A stretch of DNA of 62,696 nt, the filler included, from Rhabdomonas costata (lineage: Eukaryota), in assembly GCA_019059605.1 (NCBI GenBank). It is 45 parts of 45 records of this genome, joined end to end, with 100 filler letters (N's around TTAATTAATTAA, not from the genome) between each part and the next. Parts side by side here need not be neighbours in the genome. Positions count along the whole stretch, not along the records: positions 25,120 to 26,415 come from JAHMHO010020291.1; positions 26,516 to 27,811 come from JAHMHO010020292.1; positions 27,912 to 29,207 come from JAHMHO010020293.1; positions 29,308 to 30,603 come from JAHMHO010020294.1; positions 30,704 to 31,999 come from JAHMHO010020295.1; positions 32,100 to 33,395 come from JAHMHO010020296.1; positions 33,496 to 34,791 come from JAHMHO010020297.1; positions 34,892 to 36,187 come from JAHMHO010020298.1; 37 more parts are not named here. One strand, written 5' to 3'. The notes beneath the pieces were generated by a model. It worked only from the letters and a program-made list of their open reading frames with translations. It made no database searches and had not been told where the DNA came from. Shown here one piece after another: positions 25,607-38,450 of the stretch. How positions within the stretch are numbered: the stretch's first letter is position 1; each line of letters starts with the position of its first letter. A program made the position numbers and the translations under genes.

Positions 25607-28600
25607 CTGTCAGAATTTGTATTTCTTTTCAAACACTACAATAAGGCCAACATTTTGCAGCTGTCCAGCACTTTTGACATCATGAGCATCATAAGTCGGA
25701 CACGTTCTCATGCGCAATCTCTTCAAGGGCCCTGTGCACTCTGCAGAGAAACACTTGGCATGTTCCATACTGGGGGTGCTGCTGGTGTGCCAACTAACAG
25801 CAAAGGATCCAAAAGTGACCCTTCAAAATCCTCAAAAAAGGACTTCACAAGGGTTTGGGAGGTCCGCTCCACCCCAGGGGTCACCCCCCAAAAAAGAGGG
25901 GGGGGGGCGCTTACTCTGATCTTCACCCTATTCGGTGGGTGACTTCCAACATGGACTCCCCGCAACCGAAGCAGGAGCCGGGCAGAGGCACGGGATTTGA
26001 GCTAGACTCGCCGGTTGGGGCCCATACTTGAAGCATACTTGAAGGGAACCCAGTGCTCCTGAGCTCAGTTTACTCGCAGCTTCCCAGCCTCTGGCAGCGT
26101 CTCTTTGTCCAGCTATGGCGTCTTGAAGAAACCATTTCCCGCCTTTTTTATAGGTCCTTTTCGAGTTAACTGCATTTCCACGGGCGGGATCAGTTTCTTG
26201 GACGTCTGCAGATCTTCGGTTTGCCCAGGGACCATTTAAGGGGCCTTTCAAGGCGTTTGGGGCCTTGATGAGTTGGCGAAAAAAGGAATTCATGCAAGCT
26301 GGCACATCGGCAGCGCCCCAATAAGGGGTTGTGTGTGCGATCTGTGTTGTGTGTGTGTGTGTTGGGCGCATTGCGCGCTGGCTGTTGTGTGTGTGTGTGT
26401 GTGGTGGAGATCGATNNNNNNNNNNNNNNNNNNNNNNNNNNNNNNNNNNNNNNNNNNNNTTAATTAATTAANNNNNNNNNNNNNNNNNNNNNNNNNNNNN
26501 NNNNNNNNNNNNNNNAATTAGCGCTCTTTTTGGTGTATTTTAGTACGTGGTGTTGACTCATTATACTCGATAACACAGTCAATTACACGGACATTGAATC
26601 CTCTTCTTTTCATATGCAACCATGTGAATTTCCATGCAAAACCTCCTATTCGAACAAATGTATGATTCACACAAGTACATGGATTCAGTATATCAGTTCG
26701 CAAAAGGACTTTATGGAGCCGCGTGGTCGGCCTTGGCTTTGGCTTTTGATCCCAGCTTTTTTCTGTTGTGCAATGCAATGCAATGCAATGCCGTGGCATC
26801 CATTGTGTGGTGTCCTGCGCAGCCGCCTTGCTGCTAGTTGTGTTTCTATGGCAGAACTGTGGTTGCGAGATGTCCATTTTTACTCCATAGCGCCAGAGCA
26901 CCGAAATCTGGCGTGCAGTTGCACAACAGGCGAGTGATGGACGCAATGGCATGTTCACCCATTTTGCTTCCAATATCACCTCCATCGTGTGCCACATTCT
27001 CAAAGGCTTGTTTTCGTCACTACTGGTCTCACACATGCTGTTTCGCGTTTTATTTCGTCATCACACCTGCGCGGCAAACCATTAATATTATCCAAGAAGC
27101 CTGGGAATGAAGTGGTAATGGGTTTTCTAGCATAACACAATATCTTGCTGCACACTCGCGCTGTTTCAGACATGATGTTGTCCATCATCTGGCTTATGAA
27201 CTAGCGGTTGTGTGTGGAAGTTAAAAACAGTTCCACATGGACAATAAATACGAGAAATAGGAAGAGAAAGTGCTGAAGAAAGAAGGGTTTTCTGTTTTTT
27301 ATTCCTGTGTGGGGACTCTGGTATTATAGGGTCCATTTTTTTGCGCTCTTTTTGAACCGAAAGCGATCACTTTTTTACATGTACAAATGTTTGTGTGATT
27401 TGTGGGAAAACTGATATCTTCTTGGAAGAGGTAGAGTATGTGGACTGAAGACCCCATTAGGCTTTAACCACCAAGAGAGTTGTTTCTGTATTCCCTTGGG
27501 AGCTTTTGCATTGGGGGGGGGCGTTACACTTTAAGCGTTAGACATCTCTAAAAATGTACATCCACCCCCATTAATTCTCCGCCTTATCCGACTGCTCCGG
27601 ACGCGCCTCTTTATGGCTTCCGCGGCATGTTGCGGTGCTGGCTTCACAAAGATAATGCCCAGAAACGACATTTTTCCAAAACGCTAAACGCCCACGCTCT
27701 CAAAAATATATTTGCACGTAGTATTTTCACGGAATATTTGTCCTCTATCTTTTTTTCGACATCTTCCTCCACATGGAACATCGTAAACATGGCCTTCCAG
27801 TTTCCCAAACANNNNNNNNNNNNNNNNNNNNNNNNNNNNNNNNNNNNNNNNNNNNTTAATTAATTAANNNNNNNNNNNNNNNNNNNNNNNNNNNNNNNNN
27901 NNNNNNNNNNNGGTTTTGGGTTATCACAGCTCTTTTATCTGTGCTTTGACTTTTATCGAAAACTTCGAAAGCTTCACCACTCAATCGTTTTCCGCACATT
28001 TCCACTTTTATTTGTCGCTTTGCGTGTGCTTTGCGTTTTTTAATTGCCCTGTATTGTTCGTATATGGGAGCCGCGGCCTCAAGCCGTGCGATTCAGGAAG
28101 GTCATTACGAGGAAGTCCGGGAGGACGACGTGGCACCGGACCAGGCCTGTAGCTTACTTCTCTCCATCTCCCTCTTTGTAATGCAGTGATCTTTTTTGGA
28201 TCGCTCGGGCTTGTACTGAGAAGCCCTGGCAATCGCGTTTGCTATTTCTTCTCAGAGTTTTAATACTAGTCTTTTTTTATCACGTCTTCTCAACCGAAAT
28301 AGGTTAGGTTTGAGTTGTTTTTTAGTCGGGTAGTTGGATGTTGACCTGATTTCGGCTGAAAATACGACTAAACTCCTTTTGGGGTTCGTAATGCTCTTTG
28401 ATGAGACTTCAAAGTCTAGAATTGGAGGTGTCGAAGTACTTTCGGACCATTTTTATTCTTATTACGCGCGTCCTGTAGCAGTTGCACGTTCTTCTCTCCT
28501 TTGCGCCAGGAAGATGTCCCAGACTCGTGTTCCGGAACGGCAGCGAAACGCAGTGGGTCGAAGGGACGGCCCCGCTTGATTCGCACGCCGACCAAGGTTC

Positions 28601-29107
28601 GGTTAACCGCGCTGTCTCTTTTCTCCGGTGCCATTAATTCACTATGTAGAGCGCTGCGGTTTGTCATGTTCAGTGTATTCTGAGCTCTGTATCTGCTCTG
28701 TTCTCTCCGCTGAATTTAAGTGTGTGTTTATGGCCCCCGTGGAGCTTGGTCGTTCGTCACTACCTTGAATCTGATCGCAGCAAAATGGACGAAGACTGGC
28801 GAATATTATAAGTCAATCAGTTTCGGACGGTACTTGGGAAATTGTGATGAGGTGATTGTGGATTGGACGTTGGCTTGTGTGAAAGAGACACCCCAACGCA
28901 GCGTTTCCAGCGGCAGGAGAGTGGGTTAGGAGGGTGCGGCCGAAAGGCCCAACTCCACGGGGTGCAAGGACAACCTCGCGAACTTTTGTTCTCAGTTGTG
29001 TGGTCAGAGCACTTCAGCCTGACATGTTTGTGACATTTTTTTCATGTTTATTTTAGTGACACTCTAACTCATAACGGAAAACATTTTACCTTGAATTGGA
29101 CTGGTAC

Positions 29108-29204
29108 GGTTGTGGCGTACTTACCCCAATGACTTTAGTGCTTGAATTGGTCACAGACCTGAGAATTTATGCACTAAAGTCATTGGGGTAAGTATGCCAC
29201 AACC
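29108..29204. repeat. Long imperfect inverted repeat (41-bp arms, 15-nt loop)
   Basis: 29108-29148 is the reverse complement of 29164-29204 at 38 of 41 positions. Confidence 0.95.
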
Positions 29205-32200
29205 ACCNNNNNNNNNNNNNNNNNNNNNNNNNNNNNNNNNNNNNNNNNNNNTTAATTAATTAANNNNNNNNNNNNNNNNNNNNNNNNNNNNNNNNNNNNN
29301 NNNNNNNAGTTTATTTATGTGGTTGGGTTTTTACCAGCAATTGTAATATTTAGCTAGGCAATTGTTCTAGAGTTTCTGCTTTCACAGTTAAGTGATATTG
29401 TGTCTACAGTTACAGAGTCTTATTTTACTTTAAAAGATTTTTCTGAAAGGTAAAATTCTAGAGTTTGTGGTTGCAAATGATTCACATCTACTATACTTCA
29501 ACGTTTTGTAGCCTTTTGGTCATGTACAAATGCGCTATTAGTGCAAAATACGTAAGGTTTATGAGAAGTGAGTGCACTTCTTTTGTAAGTCACAAATCTA
29601 ATGATACGCTGGAGTTTAATAAGTTTAGAATTGCTGCACATGTATCTACACAGTTACATGCTTTGAGTACAATTTTACCATTGTTGGAGTATTATGCAAT
29701 TGTGACGTATGTAATTGAGGTGGTTGAACAGATTGAGTAATCGCTGCAGCTGAATATGTGTAGGGGACCTCTTCTACAACATCACTAATGATTTAATGCA
29801 AACAATGTGCGTGAACCACGATTAAAGTAGTGGCCAGAGCCATGCAATTGTCTTCCAAAGAGAAAGAAGTTACAAATGTATCCGCAGATGCGCACATCAT
29901 TAATGATTTATGCAGATGCGCTCCTTGTGGCGTTATGAGCGCATACAAATGTGCTACCAATCATTCTTTCTTATGAGTTAGAAGAAGAAGCGAATGAGCG
30001 TAGTTGATAAGTGACAAAAACATCTAAACATCTATAGAAGAGCGTTGAGAGTGTCGCGACGACAACCGTTTACTCTGGGCCACTCCCCACTCACCATCAC
30101 CAATCACATTGGTAAGGGCATCATAATCACCACCAAGTCGTGCAGGGGGCCATCTGTCACCGTAGGAGGTATGCAGAAGGTCATCTGTAGTAGGGTGCAT
30201 GAGCGCATCTAATGGAGTCTGATGGTAGCTCCATCACTGTGCTGCTGCATAGCGAAGGTAACCACAAAGTAGAAGAGATTCACGAAGCGAGCGCATCGAG
30301 CGGATTAAGCGGTACATCTAGGGAGTTGCGCAGCATACGACCAGCAACAACCAGGGGACTAAACTCGACCGACATCGGCAGATGTGTGACTATTGCTATT
30401 GTGTGACATTGTGTGTGACTCGCGAACTCTATAATGTACCCACGTCTATTTGTGTTACTTCTGAGCTTCAGTTACTCGACTCTGTTGCTACTGTGGTGAT
30501 TCATGCATCTGGCGTTGACTGTTGTGTGATTCCTACCTCTGACGCTACTGTGAGGGTTCCTGAAGCTCAGAAGTAACACAAACAACCAAACTCACCTAAC
30601 ACANNNNNNNNNNNNNNNNNNNNNNNNNNNNNNNNNNNNNNNNNNNNTTAATTAATTAANNNNNNNNNNNNNNNNNNNNNNNNNNNNNNNNNNNNNNNNN
30701 NNNGGTGGGTTTTCTAGTTGATCCCATTCTCTCTACACACATCTTGCCCTAAAGGGCCTTGTAAAAGACGAAATCAAAGAAAACAAAAACTTAACCACCA
30801 AGATGTGGAACACACTACTACACTACACTACTACACTACTAAGAGCACGTAGCCTATCAGAAGCACATCAAATGAACAACAAGGAGCAGCTTTGATGCAA
30901 TTCACGCGCAGGTCTCACCACACCACTACGGTTATTTTGCCCAAAATGGCATGGCATTCCACATCTATTGCACCTTGTGCTTTAATGGCTTTTTGCGGCC
31001 ATTTTTCCTGATTGCATGTTGCTCCTTGGCAGCCACCATAATTGAAGAGCGGATTCATCACATTGGAGACTATGTGGCTGATTTTATCCTGATATATTTT
31101 TCATTGTTTGATCTAGCAGTAGTTTCAATCACATGGTATTTTTTCCGGATATTCTGGCGTAGCGGAGATGCCGGTAGCAGGTTACCCAGCCGATTTGTGA
31201 CACACTGCCACACTGCGAGGTTAATTCATCGTAAATGGATTGGTAAGGAGGTATTTTTACGACTACAAATTTAACTACAAACTTCTTGAATGTGTTAAAT
31301 TTGCTGCTGTCTTGGTGTGGTGTGGAACCTCTGGCTGAGGTTGGCTTCTACAAGCATGTGCTAGGTACCATGTGGCTTTGGCGGTGATGGCTCCGCCTGG
31401 ACACCACAGCCCTCATGTGGTGCCCGAGTGCCTGTGTGGTGCGGAGCTGCTACATGTGGCTTCTGGACTTTGCCCTAATGCTGCTGCTTCATGGCATAAG
31501 CCATCATTAGTCGTGGCTGAGACAAGTCTGCCAATGATGTGTGAGGAGGTGGTGGTGAACTCGTGTTTGTGGATTGCTTTACAGAGGTTTCAATCCGCTT
31601 CCTATTGAAGCACATACTTGAAGTAGAGACGCGCATTCAATAAAAAGACTTGGTGATCATTAATGCCGTGACCGTGTACGCGCCGTATTTTCGTTTAAGC
31701 CCAAATGTCCTGAGCAGATATGCTCCAAAAAAAGTGCTCTGAGCACATCACTGTGCAGTTGTTAGCAGTTGTTTACTGCAACTGCCTCCAAAATGTCTTG
31801 TACTTACATTTGTGTGCATATCTCACGTAAGTTTTCCACAAAACGTCCCTATTTGATGATAATGTGACAAGGCCTTGATGATTTCATTTTGATGTACGCC
31901 ATCCAGAAGCAAAATTTTCCTCAGTCTCTAATAGTGAGAAAGTTCCAGAAACTTACACCGTTCATACTAAATTGATGTCACTAGCAGATATCTTACCGTN
32001 NNNNNNNNNNNNNNNNNNNNNNNNNNNNNNNNNNNNNNNNNNNTTAATTAATTAANNNNNNNNNNNNNNNNNNNNNNNNNNNNNNNNNNNNNNNNNNNNG
32101 GTTTGTGTTGTAAAGATGGTGCTCACCCTTCTCAACACAAACTCTCAGGCTTTTCCTTCAAAAAAAATTGAGACTTGCTGTGAAAACTGTGTGTGTCGTG

Positions 32201-32719
32201 AATACCTTCAGCTATCCAGAAGAAAGAGGAAGGAAATGCAAATTGGCGAGACCGAAAATGAGATGCGAAAAAAAGAACAAGAAAAATGTGCATAACAAGC
32301 ATTTTCGTCCCGGGTACATTTGATTACTTCACAAGACCGTTTTTACAGGCATGCATGTGAAGGATGCATGGTGGTGATAGCCGTGGGGAGCCGTGGGGAT
32401 CCAGAAATCAGCTCCGGAACACGTTCAAGCCAAAATTTTCGGGTCGAAAATGCAAAATACTTTCTTTTGTAATTTTTGGAGGTTCCACTATTTTTCCAAC
32501 CGCCGCTTCACTCTTCCTGCGACCTGACGATCGCTTGGGTTTCAGGGGGAGCCCGTGATGCCTATATTCCGAGATTAGCTCGAAGAGCATTTTTTGCGCA
32601 CACAATCGTCTTTTGGGTTTTCAAAAAAGTATTTTCATCCCAGAAATGTTTTGTTCTCCTCGCATCGGGTTCGCAAATTCGACCAGCAGGTATCATCGGC
32701 AACAGTATATCACTGCAAG

Positions 32720-33219
32720 CGTACGGAATTTGAGGTCTTTGCTGAGCTGTTCAAGAAACCTTCCAGAGCATTACGGCCATGGTTCACGCCTTGTGTACTG
32801 TATTTGTTCTTTCGAATTTTCCTTCGAACGAATATAGCTTGAAAGCTCGGAAACAGCCGCATTACAACGATGGTTGTGTTATGAATGTGAGCAGGCATGC
32901 TCGAATCGTATATCTGGGCACCGGCTAAATCCCCGGTCGCAGATGCCTTCATCTCCTTGTCACAACAGCCTTGATTTCTTTAAGCTTGGCACTCTATGGA
33001 TAGGCTCAAAACTCTAGATGTACTGCGCAAGCAATTGTTTGATCAAGGGAAACGTGTCCCCTGGGACTCCCTGGGACTCACCAGGGGTTAATGGGCGACG
33101 CACGTGCCCCCTTTCCGTTGTGGTACAGAATTACAGGTTTTCGCTATTCCGGAACCTACCAGAGCATTACGGTCGTGGTTCACAACCTGTGTGCTGTATG
33201 TTCTCTTTCGAATTCTCCT
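32720..33219. repeat. Diverged direct repeat, about 100 bp, about 400 bp apart
   Basis: ~32720-32823 and ~33123-33219 share CCAGAGCATTACGG...GGTTCAC...TGTGT.CTGTAT...CTTTCGAATT.TCCT with scattered substitutions. Confidence 0.85.
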
Positions 33220-34934
33220 GAGAAAGCGCTGCGAATAGAACGCTCTGTGGTATTTTATTTTAGAAGGGATGTTGTGGCAGCCATTCAATTCGATTCGACC
33301 CCCATCGTTTTTTATGATCGTAAATAGCATGGTCAACTGTGGATAGTGCGCGGAGAATGTGGAAATTGAATGGCTGCCACAACATCCCACCAAAANNNNN
33401 NNNNNNNNNNNNNNNNNNNNNNNNNNNNNNNNNNNNNNNTTAATTAATTAANNNNNNNNNNNNNNNNNNNNNNNNNNNNNNNNNNNNNNNNNNNNGCGCC
33501 ACACACATACAGCACAATGCATCGAAAAATGAAACCGCTTTCCCTGTCTGCCTGGTGGGCTCCTACTTAAGCTCCGCGCACAGTTGTGCGACGGCTCGAA
33601 AAACTCACAGGCATGTGGTCAATGTCACACACACACGGAACCCATTGAAGGGTACATTGTAGCCACCTCGCCTCCCGACCCAGGAATAAAAAGAGCACAG
33701 ATACTCTGCCAGGGTCATGCACTCCTCCGCCGCGGAGTCCAGCAGAGCGTCCTCGAAATCCTCTTCGGACTGCGACAAACCCGCAGCTCCGACCTCACCC
33801 CCCGTGGCACCCCGCAGTACCGTCTGCAAGGGGAGCAGCGCTGCCTCGGCAGATGCCGTGGGAGACGGCCCTAGCCCACCGCCTGGCCCGGGCTCATGGG
33901 CCTCAATATGGGCCGGCACAGGCCGGATGCGTTGGCACTCCGCCTGAGAGGGTACACCAGAGTGAGCAGAGGGAGCAGAGGCGAGTACCTCCATCTGGTC
34001 TGTTGTTTGTAACTCGGAAATGCAATGCAATCCTTCCATTCGGAGGCCTCCGCTCTTCACTGAAGAAACTGACGAGAGCATTCAGCGCAAATCTGTCGGG
34101 TAGGGGGGGGGGGTACGGGAATCCCCACCCTTGTGAAGCAAGACCAGCGCCTACCTAACGTTATCCTGCGGTGCGCAAGTCACGGGGGTTGCCTGCCTTT
34201 TTCCCGAAGAAGGGCTGTAACTGTGACCGGCGCTTGGTGTAAGGAAATCACAGTTAGCTTGTCTCGGCTGCAAGTCGTTTCACTTTCCACAACCCCGGGT
34301 GTCTTCAGTATTATTGGGCAAGGCGGCTCTCCCGCTCACACAACAGGTAGGGTGCTAGCCCTTTTCCCAGAGAAACATCAGAGAAATATCCAAGCGCATG
34401 TGATCATCTCAGCAGCAAACCGTATTCCCAGAGGGTATTTTGCCAAAAGAAGGATCACGTAATTTTCCAATAATGATGAAGCCATCCGACGGTCTGTTCC
34501 AGAGTGAAAACGGCAACACAGCGCCCAGTCTACTCCACGTACGGTGTGTGCGAGCTAGCTCATTAATGAGTTAATTAATTACATCATTAATTACATCATT
34601 AATTGCTCAAATTCATAAGGATGGATTTGTCCACGGGTGAGCGCCACACAGCAGCCATGATTAGTTCAAGATCAGAACACGGGCAAAACTGACCTACTCA
34701 GGGGGCCACTTCAAAAGAGTTCTCCAGATACACACGGATATTTGAATTTTGCAACGGGTACTTCAAACCCCTTCAAAACCTGCGCGGCGAGNNNNNNNNN
34801 NNNNNNNNNNNNNNNNNNNNNNNNNNNNNNNNNNNTTAATTAATTAANNNNNNNNNNNNNNNNNNNNNNNNNNNNNNNNNNNNNNNNNNNNGTGGGGTGT
34901 GGAACATGCTAAACAGCATCTTGCTGGGCTGGGG

Positions 34935-36125
34935 GTGATGCGCGTGATCACCAACGTGGCCCGCACGGGCCGCACCGTGATCTGCACCATCCACCAGCCC
35001 AGCAAGATGCTGTTTAGCATGTTCCACAGCCTGCTGCTGCTGCGGAAGGGTGGGCAGGTGGTGTTCTTCGGGGAGCTTGGGGAAGATGCCGTGAACCTGG
35101 TGCACCACCTGCAGTGCGCCGAGGGGGTGGTAACCTTTGAGAGGTGTGCTTCCATCGGTGTCTCCATTGGTCTATACTGTCACCAGTAGCGTGTCTGGGC
35201 GTCAGACATTGCACTGAGCACCGTGAGCACCGTGGTGAGGATGCTTTTGGCCATATTCGAGAGGTTCAGAGATATCGAAAGAGTCTTTTAAGCTGTGGTT
35301 TGAGGATCACCTCCTAACCACAGCTTCTCGGATGTGTCAGAGCGCCAGCGTACAGCACCACTCTGCGCTGTTTACGCGCTCCACCAACGCCCTTTGTCAG
35401 TGGTATTTGAGCGGTATTTGTGTGTGCGTGTGAAAAATGAGGTGGTCTGACAGCTGATGTTCTGCCCCATTGCCACTATTTCCCACTGTGACTTCATGTT
35501 CCGTCCTCCGAAGGACTGCACAGGAAGAAGTCAGAAAGGGTGTTCTTTTTTTTGCATGAGAGAGAGTGTGTACTTGCTGCGCGTTGACGGCAGCCTTTTT
35601 ATGATCACCCGATGACCGCACCCCCTCCCCCCCAAAGGTTTCCTGGTTGCCAATGAGGAGGACCTATTTTCTCCCAGCATCTCAACTTCACAGTGCTGCT
35701 CTCAGCAAAATTGCTTCATGAGAGAGCCACGAAAACCAGAGCAATGCCGGAGGCAAAACAGCTGAGCTGAAGTTCGAGATATACCCCCCTCCCATCTCCC
35801 TAAGCCTGCTCTTTTCAAAAGGCGGATGAATCCTGCGACTTGGATGCTGGACGCGCTGGAGGTGCCGTCTCCCCCAGCCCCGGACTTCGCGGAACACTAC
35901 CTCTGTAGTGACCTCCACGCCGCCGCCCTTGCTGAGATCGAGGCCATCCGGGCCTGCGCTGGCACTGCCACAACCCCCGCGGGCGGTGCAGCGACTGCCA
36001 CGGCCATCTCCAAGGGACGCCCAGCGGGCACGGCTGTGGTTGTAAAGGCGGCCCGGGGCTACGCCGCGCCTTACAGGACTCAGCTGTATGAGCTCACGAA
36101 GAAGTTCATGATGATCTACTGGCGC
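34935..36125 (+). CDS. PDR-type ABCG transporter, end of an NBD and linker to the TMD, partial
   Basis: VMRVITNVARTGRTVICTIHQPS...LLLLRKGGQVVFFGELG (H-loop), then exon at ~35822-36125 NPATWML...DFAEHY...YAAPYRTQL...YWR. Confidence 0.92.
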
Positions 36126-37689
36126 TGGTGTGTGGCGTGATAATGCAGGACAGCGGTCATATGGCGTGGCGTAGCCCCACACCAACCNNNNNNNNNNNNN
36201 NNNNNNNNNNNNNNNNNNNNNNNNNNNNNNNTTAATTAATTAANNNNNNNNNNNNNNNNNNNNNNNNNNNNNNNNNNNNNNNNNNNNTTGTTGGGTGCAT
36301 AAACCCTCCCACATCAAAACACACTCAAAAAACATACGATTACACACACCAACCCATCCCATCCCGCAGCATGAAGCACATTCCACTCCTCCCTTCCCTC
36401 CCAAGCCGTGTGTGCGCACCCTACCGTGGCGATCGAGAGGCCTTGAGCACGTGCCAGTGTCCCATGGCGGCCATGGAACACCTCGAGAAAAGGCTCACCA
36501 CAAAGAACAGCGGGGAGAGCCGAAAGGTGCACCTGCACCATACGTACATGCCTCTTCATGAGAAACCCAAAAGGCTCATGAAAAGGGTTTCTAACCAAGC
36601 AAAGCTCACAAAAGTCGAAGATGAAGAGATGCAATGGGAAGGACCCCTGCACGGCAAGGATTTCCATGCCACAAACTGCAACAATGCAGAGCAGCAGAAG
36701 GGGGGACAGTCGAAATGAGGACGTGGAGAAGTGGAGCAGAAGGATCATCCTTCTCAAGCTGTGGAGTGACAGTATATTAGCAGCCGCCCACCTGCACACG
36801 AGCACAAGGCGCTGAATGGGCCAGGTGGGGGGTGTCCTGTCTCTATCTATAGAATGGCTGGAAATGCGCAGTGATGACAGCTAAAGGGTGATCATAGAAT
36901 GCAATGCGGTCAAGCAATCGGGACAGAAAAGTGAACAATTGAAACAGGGCATGACGGGCGCTGCATAGCTGGGCTGACGAATCTCTGGAAAAAAAGGAAT
37001 TTACAAAAACAACATAGCAACACAAACGCACAAACCCTAAAGCGGAAGCAACATCGGCCGAAAAAGGGGAAAGAGACTTTCGTGTCCTCCCCTCCTTCGA
37101 AATGAGCAAGGGCTGATCAACGCACAGAGAAACGGGGAACGAGGAACAAGCGGAACTCAAAGGGGTACCAAGAACGCAAAGAGGACCGAGAGGAGCCCAG
37201 AAATTAGAGGGGGTGCTTGGCATGGGCTCGAGGGTCGCGGGCTACGCCGTGAAGCGGGGGGAACAACACATGCCAGCGGAATGCACCCACCAACCTGAGA
37301 GCGCTCTGGAATTTGAGCAAGGACAGCAGGTGACACACACGGCCAAAGTGGCCCCCCTTTTGAACATTCGATTTGCAGAATATATCGCCATGGACACGTT
37401 TATCTGGATAATACAACCAAGAGGTCAGAAGCTGCCATCCACGACAGGACATAAACAGCGACTATCCCACTAGGCAGGCAAACCACACAGGTTTTTGGGA
37501 GCAATGGCGTTCAAAAGACGCCTCCGGTATTAGGAGGGATTTTTTGACCCAAAAAATCGTCCACATTTTGGCACAACTTGCGNNNNNNNNNNNNNNNNNN
37601 NNNNNNNNNNNNNNNNNNNNNNNNNNTTAATTAATTAANNNNNNNNNNNNNNNNNNNNNNNNNNNNNNNNNNNNNNNNNNNNGGGGGTT

Positions 37690-38450
37690 GTGCTGATCGC
37701 CTCCTCAGGCTCGCAGTCTCTTGCTGAAAATACAGGTGGGCCCCTGGTTTTCTTGCGCGTTCTGTTTTTTCCGACAATGGAGGCGGTGGATAAAATGTCG
37801 TGATTTTGGGGAAGAAAACGAAGGAGACGTCGAGTCCAGGCCGGAAAAGGTGATTTGTCCCCTCCTTGGTCGTTGGAGAACGCGAAAGCACACTTTGGAC
37901 TCTCGGACTGTTTTCACTCTGAATTGCCAAAGACTGCTTTTTTATAAATCCTACGGATCCATCTTAACGGGTCAAAACTGGGGTCATTGGGGTGAAAAAT
38001 CGAATCCCGGAAATCAACCCGTCCTCATGTTTGAGGTCGTTAAACTCAGGGGGGGATGACGATTTGAGCAGGGTTGGAGGGTAGATTTGACCCTTTTTTT
38101 ATACTAAAAATGGCCCTTTGTACCTTAAAAGTATTCCTTAAAAGGTAAAGGTATTCCTTAAAAGCTGATTGAAAGCCCTTAGAAAGGGCCAGGATACCGA
38201 AGGAATCAGAGTGGTGCCGAAGTCCAAAGCTGCGCCCCCCCCCCGACCTCGGAAGGTGTTAATTTGCTGACCGGAAGTAGTAGCGAAGATAAACTGTTTC
38301 GATTTGGGACCCTTGGCGGTAGCGCCACTGCGCAGGTTTTTTGCTTGTCTCTACAGTAAACCCCGCGTCTGCGGAGGGTGGGGTGCTGATCGCCTCCTCA
38401 GGCTCGCAGTCTCTTGCTGAAAATACAGGTGGGCCCCTGGTTTTCTTGCG
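37690..38450 (+). repeat. Perfect 68-bp direct repeat, 693 bp apart
   Basis: GTGCTGATCGCCTCC...GGTTTTCTTGCG at 37690-37757 and 38383-38450. Confidence 0.93.

Noticed and set aside
29308..30603. AT-richer contig with degenerate TGTGTGACT-like repeats as a coding region or alternative genetic code
   Set aside because: I found no recognisable protein motif in any frame, so no call is supportable.
30900..31260. RCNRCGMPCH zinc-knuckle-like peptide on the minus strand suggesting a decayed transposase
   Set aside because: A single short motif among many stops is too weak.
34571..34604. Natural TTAATTAATTA resembling the linker
   Set aside because: It has no flanking Ns and is part of a short TTAATTACATCA tandem duplication.
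36371..36815. Lys/Glu-rich frames resembling a retroelement C-terminus
   Set aside because: No diagnostic motif could be identified.
38212..38225. TGGTGCCGAA as an LTR primer-binding site
   Set aside because: It is not adjacent to either 68-bp repeat and there are no TG...CA LTR ends.
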